Positions 36,279 to 43,247 of a DNA stretch of 64,000 nucleotides are shown here, in pieces. The stretch spans positions 14,866-78,865 of the forward strand of contig JBHHYJ010000003.1 in the NCBI GenBank assembly GCA_046757485.1, written 5' to 3'. This stretch comes from Gemmatimonadota bacterium (GTDB taxonomy: Bacteria; Gemmatimonadota; Gemmatimonadetes; Palauibacterales; Palauibacteraceae). Made by a program: the position numbers and the translations under genes. Each line of letters begins with the position of its first letter. Position 1 is the first letter of the stretch. The notes under the pieces are model-generated. The model did no database searches and was not told the DNA's origin. It saw only the letters and a list, made by a program, of their open reading frames with translations.

Positions 36279-38027
36279 ATGGCGGAGAGGGCGGAGAGGG
36301 CGGCGGGGCCCGCGGTGAGCGACGGGGTGGAGGGCGACGCCGCGGCCACGGCCCGGCGGGTGGTCCTGGCGGACCCCCTGTCGGACGAGGGCCTGGCCGT
36401 GCTCCGCGAGTCGCCGGGGCTGGAGGTGGTGGACCTGTCCGCGGAGGAGCGGGCCTCCCTCATGCACTCCCTGGGCGGGGCGTCGGCGCTCATCGTGCGG
36501 AGCCGCACGCGGGTCGATGCCGCGCTTCTGGATGCGGCGGAGGCACTGGAGGTCGTGGGACGGGCGGGGGTCGGGGTGGACAACATCGACGTGCCGGCCG
36601 CGACCCGCCGGGGGATCGCCGTGCTGAACGCCCCGGGCGGAAACACCCGCTCGACGGCCGAGCTCACCTGGGGGCTGATCCTCGCGGCGGCTCGCAAGAT
36701 CGCCGCGGCGGACCGCTCGATCCGGGCCGGCCGCTGGGAGCGCAAGGCCCTGCGCGGGGTGCAGCTGCACGGAAAGACCCTGGGTGTCGTGGGTGCGGGC
36801 AGGATCGGCTCGGCGGTGGGCGCCCGGGCGCGGGCGTTCGGAATGCGCGTGCTGGTCCACGATCCGTACCTGACTCCGGAGCGGGCCGCCGAGCTCGGGC
36901 TGGAGCGGACCGAGCTGGATGCGCTGCTCGCCGAGTCGGACGTGGTGACCCTCCACGTGCCGCTCACGGAGGTCACCCGCGGGATGATCGGCACCGCGGA
37001 GATCGAACGGATGAAGGCGGGGGCGTTCCTGGTGAACGCGGCCCGCGGGGGACTCGTGGAGCAGCGCGCCCTGGCGGAAGCGCTGGGCTCCGGCGAGCTG
37101 GCCGGTGCCGCCCTGGACGTGTACGAGATGGAGCCGCTGCCCCCCGAAGATCCGCTGCGCTCCGCACCGAACCTGGTCATGACGCCCCACCTGGGCGCGG
37201 CGACGGGAGAGGCACAGCGGGAGGTGGCGGTGGAGATCGCGGCGGCCGTGCGGGATGCCCTTCTGCTCGGCGACTACCGCACCGCCGTGAACGCGCCGTA
37301 CGTGGAGCCGGGGGAACGTCGGCTCCTGGACCCCGTGATGGAGCTGGGGCGGCGGCTCGGCACGCTGCTGGCCGCCCTCACGGACGGGCCGTGCGGGAAG
37401 CTGGAAGTCCGGTACGGCGGCTCCGTTCGGAACGTGCTGCGGCCGCTGGCGGCGGCCGCTCTCGAGGGCTACCTGCGCCCCACGGTGGACCGCCATCTGA
37501 ACGTGGTGAACGCTCTGTCGGTCGCGTCGGAGCGGGGAATCCAGGTCGGCCGCGTGCGGCTGGGCGAGCCGCCGGACTACTCGAACTACGTGGAGGTGGC
37601 GGCGGCCTTCGGAAGCGGGGAGGCCGAGGGAGGGGAAGCTTCCCGTTCTCGGGCTCCGCGCTCCGGCGACCCGTCGAGCTCGCCCGCCCGGACCCCGGAG
37701 GGCGAGGCCGTCGTCGGGGGGGCGCTGCTGGGAGAGGGACAGCACCCGCGCATCGTGCGCATCGGAGAGTTCCACGTGGACACGGTCCCGGACGGAGTGC
37801 TGCTCCTGGTGAGAAACCGGGACGTGCCCGGAGTGATCGGCCAGGTGGGGACCGGACTGGGTGCCGGGAAGATCAACATCGCCGAGTACCACCAGGCCCG
37901 CCGCGAGGCCGGGGGAGATGCGCTCGGGGTCATACGGGTGGACGGCCGCGTGCCGGCCGAGGTGCTTGCCGTCCTCCGGGCGCTGGCGGCCGTCCAGGAG
38001 GTGCGGCAGGTCGAGTTTCGGCGCTGA
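36279..38027 (+). CDS. serA: D-3-phosphoglycerate dehydrogenase (long form with ASB and ACT domains)
   Basis: Start at ATG 36279. NAD loop GVVGAGRIGSAVG, NAARGGLV, TPHLGA, C-terminal ACT (LLLVRNRDVPGVIGQVGT). Confidence 0.93.
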   Translation: MAERAERAAGPAVSDGVEGDAAATARRVVLADPLSDEGLAVLRESPGLEVVDLSAEERASLMHSLGGASALIVRSRTRVDAALLDAAEALEVVGRAGVGVDNIDVPAATRRGIAVLNAPGGNTRSTAELTWGLILAAARKIAAADRSIRAGRWERKALRGVQLHGKTLGVVGAGRIGSAVGARARAFGMRVLVHDPYLTPERAAELGLERTELDALLAESDVVTLHVPLTEVTRGMIGTAEIERMKAGAFLVNAARGGLVEQRALAEALGSGELAGAALDVYEMEPLPPEDPLRSAPNLVMTPHLGAATGEAQREVAVEIAAAVRDALLLGDYRTAVNAPYVEPGERRLLDPVMELGRRLGTLLAALTDGPCGKLEVRYGGSVRNVLRPLAAAALEGYLRPTVDRHLNVVNALSVASERGIQVGRVRLGEPPDYSNYVEVAAAFGSGEAEGGEASRSRAPRSGDPSSSPARTPEGEAVVGGALLGEGQHPRIVRIGEFHVDTVPDGVLLLVRNRDVPGVIGQVGTGLGAGKINIAEYHQARREAGGDALGVIRVDGRVPAEVLAVLRALAAVQEVRQVEFRR

Positions 38028-38100
38028 GCGGACCCCCACCAGACGGGCGGCCGCGGCGGTGCTCCGGTGATCCCGGTGAGAGGCCGGCGACGGCCTCGGT

Positions 38101-39015
38101 CTACCCCGGCCGCCACACGGCCGCCGCGTCGGGGGCGGGCGGCTCCACCGCCTCCGGGTGCAGCAGGCCGGCCAGGATCTCGACCCCGGCCACCACGCGG
38201 GGCCCGGAACGGTTGAAGTAGGAGGAGGCGTCGACCACGAAGGCTCGCTCTCCCCGCACCGCCCGGGAGGCGATCTCCAGCAGCCGTTCCGCGTGCGCGT
38301 CGGCGTCCCGGCGCGCCGCCTCCAGGTGGTAGCCGCAGGGCATCACCACGAGCACGTCGGGGTCCAGGTCCCGCAGCGCCTCCCAGGGGAGCTCCCGGGA
38401 GGGGGCCCCGGCGTCTCCGAGGAGGTTCTCGCCCCCTGCGATCTCCACCATCTCCGGTACCCAGTGTCCGGGGGCGAACGGGGGATCCAGCCACTCCACG
38501 GCCAGGACTCGGGGTCTGGCGGCACCGGCCACGGCGCTCCGGACGGCGTCGAGCCGGTCCCGGAGCCGGATCAGGACGTCGTCGGCCTGCCCGGCGGCCC
38601 CGGCGGCCCGCCCGACCTCGAGGAGGGAGCCGAGGATCTCCTCGATCGTGTGGGCATCGAGGGAGAGGACCCGGGCCTCGAGCGCCCGACGCTGGACGAT
38701 CTCCTCCACTCCGGCCGCCGGCACGGCACACACCTCGCACACGGCCTGGGTCAGGATGAGCTCCGGGCGGAGCTCGGCGAGGAGCGCCTCGTCCACGGCG
38801 TACACGCTTCCGTGCTCGGCCATCGCCCGGCGGACCGCCCGGTCGACCTCGCCGCTGGACAGGCCCTCCGGGTCGAAGACGGGACGGCTCACCCGGGGGC
38901 GGTCCAGGATCTCGGGCGGGTGGTCACACTCGTGGGAGATCCCCACCAGCCGCTCCTGGAGCCCCAGGGCGAAGAGCATCTCCGTGCCGCTGGCCAGCAG
39001 GGAGACGACGCGCAC
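38101..39015 (-). CDS. BtuF/FhuD-type (class III) substrate-binding-protein homologue without a signal peptide
   Basis: MRVVSLLASGTEMLFALGLQERLVGISHECDHP.. matches the periplasmic-binding-protein-2 fold pattern but begins directly with the first beta-strand. No ABC permease or ATPase nearby. Confidence 0.75.
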   Translation of the reverse strand: MRVVSLLASGTEMLFALGLQERLVGISHECDHPPEILDRPRVSRPVFDPEGLSSGEVDRAVRRAMAEHGSVYAVDEALLAELRPELILTQAVCEVCAVPAAGVEEIVQRRALEARVLSLDAHTIEEILGSLLEVGRAAGAAGQADDVLIRLRDRLDAVRSAVAGAARPRVLAVEWLDPPFAPGHWVPEMVEIAGGENLLGDAGAPSRELPWEALRDLDPDVLVVMPCGYHLEAARRDADAHAERLLEIASRAVRGERAFVVDASSYFNRSGPRVVAGVEILAGLLHPEAVEPPAPDAAAVWRPG

Positions 39016-39050
39016 GGCTCAGCTGCCGGGCGGGCGGCGGGCCGCCACCC

Positions 39051-40508
39051 TCAGTAGGTGGGCATCTCGGGATCGATCTCCTGGGCCCAGGCCAGGATCC
39101 CACCCCGCAGGTTCACCGCGTTCGTAAAGCCGATGCTGCGCAGATAGGCCACCGCCCGGGCGCTCCGGCCCCCGGATCGGCAGTGGATGACGAGCTCTCC
39201 CTCGCGATCGATCTCCTCCGCGCGCTCGGGGACTTGGTCGAGGGGGATGAGCCGCGCGCCGGCCAAGCCCAGGTTGCAGATCTCCCACTCGTACGGCTCT
39301 CGGACGTCGATGAGCTGGAGCGGGGCTCCGTTCTTCAGCTTGGCGCTCAGCTCCGCGACATCGATCTCGGGCACCGTCTCTTCCTCCTCTTCCTCCCTCC
39401 CGACGCCGCAGAAGAGCTCGTAGTCGATCAGCTCGGTCAGGGTGGGCTCGTCGCCGCAGACGGGGCAGTCGGGGTCGCGGGCGATCTTGACCTCCCGGAA
39501 CTCCATGCGCAAGGCGTCGAGGAGCAGGAGTCGACCCACGAGAGGGTCGCCGATCCCCAGGATCAGCTTGACCGCCTCGGCCGTCTGGATCGTCCCCACG
39601 ATCCCCGGCAGCACCCCCAGCACGCCCGCGTCCGCGCAGCTCGGGACGAGGCCGGCGGGAGGGGGCTGCCGGAAGAGGCACCGGTAGCAGGGCCGACCCG
39701 GCAGGCCGAAGACGGAGACCTGCCCCTCGAAGCGGAAGATCGCCCCCCAGACGGTCGGAATCCCCAGAAGCACGGCCGCGTCGTTCACCAGGTAGCGGGT
39801 CGGGAAGTTGTCGCTCCCGTCCACGACCAGGTCCCAGCCTGTGAAGACCTCGAGCGCGTTCTGCGAGTCGAGTCGGTTCTCGTACGTGACGATCTCCACC
39901 TCGGGGTTCAGCGCCTCGAGGCGTCGGCGGGCGGAAGCGAGCTTGGACTCGCCCACCGCCTCGGTGTCGTGCAGCACCTGTCGCTGGAGGTTCGTGAAGT
40001 CGACCGCGTCATGATCCACGATGCCGATGCGGCCCACGCCGGCCGCCGCCAGGTAGAGGCCGAGGGGAGATCCGAGCCCGCCCGCCCCGATGAGGAGCAC
40101 GCGGGCCGCCTTGAGCTTCTGCTGGCCCTCCACGCCGACCTCGGGGATCATCAGGTGCCGGCTGTAGCGCTGGAGCTCCTCGGGGCTCAGCTCGGCGGCC
40201 GGAGACGAGGCGTCCGGGCGGGTCGCGGAGCGCCCTCCGGCGATGGAGGGGACGATCCGCAGCTCGCCTCCCTCCGGGAGCCGGGCCTCCTCCGGGCTCA
40301 GCTCGCGGAGGTTGCGCTCGCCCACGTACACGTTGACGAACCGGCGCAGCTCGCCGTCTTCGTCGTACAGCTGGGCTCGAAGCGGCTCGTTCTCCTCCGT
40401 GAGCCGTTCCAGCGCCTCGCCCGCCGACGAGGCCTCCACCTCCACCCGCGACCGCCCGTCCACGAAGGAGCGCAGCGGCGTGGGGATTCGGACCGTCACC
40501 TTCGCCAT
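39051..40508 (-). CDS. tripartite fusion: MoaD/ThiS/CysO-like sulfur-carrier domain (ends ..SIAGG) + MoeZ/MoeB-type E1 adenylyltransferase + rhodanese
   Basis: Residues 1-92 have a beta-grasp carrier pattern ending in GG. Then YSRHLMIPEVG, GAGGLGSP, CYRC and CPVC zinc pairs, and PSCADAGVLG. The C-terminal rhodanese has the CRSGGRS loop. SD GGAGGAAGG lies upstream of the ATG. Confidence 0.9.
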   Translation of the reverse strand: MAKVTVRIPTPLRSFVDGRSRVEVEASSAGEALERLTEENEPLRAQLYDEDGELRRFVNVYVGERNLRELSPEEARLPEGGELRIVPSIAGGRSATRPDASSPAAELSPEELQRYSRHLMIPEVGVEGQQKLKAARVLLIGAGGLGSPLGLYLAAAGVGRIGIVDHDAVDFTNLQRQVLHDTEAVGESKLASARRRLEALNPEVEIVTYENRLDSQNALEVFTGWDLVVDGSDNFPTRYLVNDAAVLLGIPTVWGAIFRFEGQVSVFGLPGRPCYRCLFRQPPPAGLVPSCADAGVLGVLPGIVGTIQTAEAVKLILGIGDPLVGRLLLLDALRMEFREVKIARDPDCPVCGDEPTLTELIDYELFCGVGREEEEEETVPEIDVAELSAKLKNGAPLQLIDVREPYEWEICNLGLAGARLIPLDQVPERAEEIDREGELVIHCRSGGRSARAVAYLRSIGFTNAVNLRGGILAWAQEIDPEMPTY

Positions 40509-40656
40509 GTCGATACCTTCCTCCGAGATGGGTCCGGGCTCGGGGCACCTTGCCCCGCCCGCCGTTTTCCGAGCCTGTCCTGTCCGCCGCCACCACGCCT
40601 GTCCGCCGCCGTGACGCCCAACCGCCGCCCGCCGGGACGGGGCTTCTCCGACGTCC

Positions 40657-41124
40657 TCAACCGATCCGCACGGGACGCTCGACGAACGTGCCTTCCTTCA
40701 GCTTCCAGACGCGCCCGTCCCGGGCCCGGCCGCGGCTCACCTCGACGATCAGGTAATGATACCAGGGCCAGGCGAGCTTCCGGTCCGTGGCCGAGGGCAC
40801 CGGCCTCGCGTCGGGGTGGGAGTGGTAAAAGCCGAGCACCTTCGGCCCGCCGGCCTCTTCCTCCTCCAGAAGACGGCGGAGCGTTTCCGGGTCCAGCCGG
40901 TAGCGGTCGTTCCGTCCCGGCCATCGGTTGGCCGACGCTTCCAGGCGGGTGACGCGCCGCTCCTCGCCCTCGAGCCTCCCGAGCAGCACCCCGCACGCCT
41001 CGCGGGGGTACGCGCGCGCCAGCTCCTCACGAACCCGGGCCAACAGCCGACCCGGGATCACCAGGCTGTCGCCGGGAGCCGGCGACGGAGCGACCTCTCC
41101 GCCCGGGCTCACTTGCTCCACCAC
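40657..41124 (-). CDS. mec: JAMM/MPN+ metallopeptidase (Mec+-like)
   Basis: Conserved Glu (REACGVLLG) and HSHPDARPVPSATD (HxHx7Sx2D). Overlaps the cysM stop by 16 nt. Confidence 0.85.
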   Translation of the reverse strand: MVEQVSPGGEVAPSPAPGDSLVIPGRLLARVREELARAYPREACGVLLGRLEGEERRVTRLEASANRWPGRNDRYRLDPETLRRLLEEEEAGGPKVLGFYHSHPDARPVPSATDRKLAWPWYHYLIVEVSRGRARDGRVWKLKEGTFVERPVRIG

Positions 41125-42098
41125 GGGCCGCCCAGGTACCGGGTGCCGGCATCCGGGAGCACGGGGACGATCGTGCCGTGCTCGAGCCGGGCCGCCACTC
41201 GCAGGGCGGCCGCATAGGCGGCGCCGGACGAGGGCCCGACCAGGAGCCCCGCCTCCCGCGCGAGCCGCACGGCGTGCTCCTGGGCCTCCTCCGTGGCCAC
41301 GCCGAGCCGCTCGTGCGCCACGCTGTCGTCATAGATCGCGGGCCGGAGCGCGGTCTCCATGTGCTTGAGCCCCTCGAGTCCGTGCAGCGGTTCCGCCGGC
41401 TCCACGGAGACGATTCGCACGGTGGGCCGGAGCTCCCGCAGCCTTCTCCCCGTCCCGACCAGCGTGCCGCTCGTCCCCAGGCCGGCCACGAAGTGGGTCA
41501 ACCGGCCACGGGTCTGGGCCCAGATCTCCGTCGCCGTGCCGAGGTAATGGGCTCTCCAGTTCTCCGCGTTCGCGTACTGGTCGGCGTACCAGAAGCGCCG
41601 CGGATGGGCGGCCGCCAGGCGCCGCGCCCGCTGAATCGCTCCATCCGTCCCCTCCAGCGGATCGGTGAGCACCAGCTCCGCGCCGTACGCCCGGAGGGTG
41701 CCCAGGCGCTCCGGGCTCGCGTTGGCGGGCAGGCAGAGAGTGACCGGGAATCCGATCGCCGAGCCCAGCCACGCGTAGGCGATCGCCGTGTTTCCCGAGC
41801 TCGCATCCAGGAGTCGCCGTTCGGGCAACATGCCCTCGCGAAGCGCCCGCCGGACGATCCGCCAGGCGGGACGATCCTTGACCGAGCCCCCCGGGTTGAA
41901 CCACTCCGCCTTCCCCAGGATCCGGACCCGCGGGCCCGGGGATGGGAGCGGGAAGAGCGGCGTGCCGCCGATCCGCTCCACCAGCGCGCGCGCCGTCGGC
42001 CCCAGCCCGAGGCCGGCCGCCTCATCCCGCCGGGCGCCGAAGGTCGTCCGCGGGGTTCCGCCCATCCTAAGAGGCTGTGTCCTCTTCTCCATGCTCAT
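41109..42098 (-). CDS. cysM: PLP-dependent cysteine synthase, CysM type
   Basis: GGSVKDRPA PLP-lysine motif, GNTAIAYA, GTSGTLVG. 329 aa; the start may be the second ATG, 2 codons downstream. Confidence 0.9.
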   Translation of the reverse strand: MSMEKRTQPLRMGGTPRTTFGARRDEAAGLGLGPTARALVERIGGTPLFPLPSPGPRVRILGKAEWFNPGGSVKDRPAWRIVRRALREGMLPERRLLDASSGNTAIAYAWLGSAIGFPVTLCLPANASPERLGTLRAYGAELVLTDPLEGTDGAIQRARRLAAAHPRRFWYADQYANAENWRAHYLGTATEIWAQTRGRLTHFVAGLGTSGTLVGTGRRLRELRPTVRIVSVEPAEPLHGLEGLKHMETALRPAIYDDSVAHERLGVATEEAQEHAVRLAREAGLLVGPSSGAAYAAALRVAARLEHGTIVPVLPDAGTRYLGGPWWSK

Positions 42099-42134
42099 CC
42101 GCCCTCGGCAAGACCCACGCGCGCGGCCTCCTGC

Positions 42135-42152
42135 GGTTCTTCAACAGGCTTC
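42135..42152 (+). repeat. 18-nt intergenic motif GGTTCTTCAACAGGCTTC, copy 2
   Basis: Exact copy of 2933-2950. Lies between the leader terminator and the cysM start codon. Confidence 0.6.
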
Positions 42153-42163
42153 CAGGGGAAACG

Positions 42164-42193
42164 AAAAAGGCCGCGAGCCGGAGCTCGCGGCCT
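42164..42193 (-). terminator. intrinsic terminator in the cysM leader
   Basis: On the minus strand: AGGCCGCGAGC-TCCG-GCTCGCGGCCT followed by TTTTT. A perfect 11-bp stem about 65 nt upstream of the cysM ATG and about 285 nt downstream of the rpe stop. Confidence 0.7.
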
Positions 42194-42218
42194 GCGCCGC
42201 ATCCGGTGAAACACCGAG

Positions 42219-42329
42219 CTACGGCCGGCTTGCCGCGGGCTCCCCGCTCGAGGGGAGGGTACAAGCGCACGGACACCGGGGGCGGAACGCCCCGCGACCG
42301 GTCGGCTCGCTCTGGCGGCAACGGCTCAC
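42219..42329 (-). promoter_or_regulatory. candidate Cys-codon-rich leader peptide ORF (attenuator) upstream of cysM
   Basis: SD AGAGGA, 5 nt, GTG, then a 36-codon ORF VSRCRQSEPTGRGAFRPRCPCACTLPSSGEPAASRP ending 25 nt before the terminator stem. It has 4 Cys codons, 3 of them within 5 codons (TGT CCG TGC GCT TGT). 30 of 36 codons end in G/C. Confidence 0.35.
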
Positions 42330-42364
42330 GACGATCCTCTTCTTCAGGTGTGTCGGTGCGATCC

Positions 42365-42437
42365 CTCCCGGGCCGAACCTGTCTGTGTACGCGGAGGATC
42401 GGAGAAAGGTTCCGGCAAAGGGGGGGCGGCCCGGGAG
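42365..42437. other. long imperfect GC-rich hairpin downstream of rpe
   Basis: Outer arms CTCCCGGGCC/GGCCCGGGAG (10 bp, perfect). Inner arms CCGAACCT/AGGTTCCGG (one bulge). 73 nt in total. Confidence 0.5.
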
Positions 42438-42478
42438 CGCTCCGAGTATGCGACCCGCTCGCGTTCTGTGGCCGCCTG

Positions 42479-43165
42479 CTACAGCCGGACGGCGAGGGAG
42501 CGACGCAGCGCCTCCAGGTTCTCCTCGACGGAGCCCGAGCCCCGAAAGACGGAGGATCCCGCCACGAGGACCGAGGCGCCGGCCTGCACCGCCAGCGGGG
42601 CCGTCTCCGGGTCGATCCCGCCGTCCACCTGCACGTGGAGCTGTCGCAGGCCGAGCTCCGCCGCCACCCGCCGGACCTCCTCCACCTTGCGCAGCGCCGC
42701 ATGAATGAACGCTTGCCCCCCGAAGCCGGGGTTCACCGTCATCACGAGGACCAGATCCACCAGCGGAATCACTTCGTGCAGGGCGGATACGGGCGTGGCG
42801 GGGTTGATCGCCACCCCGGCCCGGGCCCCGAGACGACGGATGTCGGTGAGATCACGGTGCAGGTGGATCGATGCCTCCTGGTGGACGGTGAGGAGGTCCG
42901 CCCCCGCATCGGCGAACGCGCCCAGCAGCCGATCGGGACGTTCGATCATGAGGTGGACGTCCAGGAACCCTTCGGTCGCGGGTCGCAGCGAGCGAACCAC
43001 GGGAAGCCCGACGCTGATGTTCGGAACGAAGTGGCCGTCCATCACGTCCACGTGAATCCAGTGCTCCCCGGCCGCCTCGACCTCGGCCACCTGCTCGCCC
43101 AGCCGCGTGTAGTCGGCCGCCAGGATGGAGGGGGCAATGAGCGTTCCCTCGGGCATCACCCGCAT
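42479..43165 (-). CDS. rpe: ribulose-phosphate 3-epimerase
   Basis: APSILAADYTRLGEQV..HVDVMDGHFVPNIS..; 228 aa, colinear with Rpe. Confidence 0.95.
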   Translation of the reverse strand: MRVMPEGTLIAPSILAADYTRLGEQVAEVEAAGEHWIHVDVMDGHFVPNISVGLPVVRSLRPATEGFLDVHLMIERPDRLLGAFADAGADLLTVHQEASIHLHRDLTDIRRLGARAGVAINPATPVSALHEVIPLVDLVLVMTVNPGFGGQAFIHAALRKVEEVRRVAAELGLRQLHVQVDGGIDPETAPLAVQAGASVLVAGSSVFRGSGSVEENLEALRRSLAVRL

Positions 43166-43247
43166 CGTACGTACTCCTCTCTCAGAGCGTCGGTGGCCAT
43201 CGAGCCGACCCGACGGCCTCGAGGCCCGGATCCGCGGCGACTTCGAG

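Noticed and set aside
40574-40610. A direct repeat (CCTGTCC)TGTCCGCCGCC ... CCTGTCCGCCGCC in the 148-nt mec to cysO::moeZ spacer.
   Set aside because: It is a short GC-rich low-complexity repeat that could easily arise by chance or slippage. There is no second locus and no symmetry, so I cannot support a regulatory call.
42095-42202. A 35-codon uORF (MRRRPRAPARGLFRFPWKPVEEPQEAARVGLAEGG) whose TGA overlaps the cysM ATG and which spans the terminator hairpin.
   Set aside because: Only 22 of its 35 codons end in G/C, well below real genes here. There is no SD, and the Arg-rich composition is typical of chance ORFs. I kept the Cys-rich ORF upstream as the better leader candidate.
42160-42480. 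A known structured RNA gene (RNase P RNA, tmRNA, SRP/4.5S RNA, 6S RNA) or a known riboswitch (SAM-I/IV, cobalamin, SAH, ZTP) in the rpe-cysM spacer.
   Set aside because: Reading both strands, I could not find the diagnostic conserved elements. There is no GGAAAGUCCGG/ACAGAA pair for RNase P, no tRNA-like 3' end or tag ORF for tmRNA, no GGAAGCAGCC SRP motif, and no SAM-I GGCAACC/GAGGGA core or B12 box. A covariance-model scan (Rfam/Infernal) is still needed to be sure.
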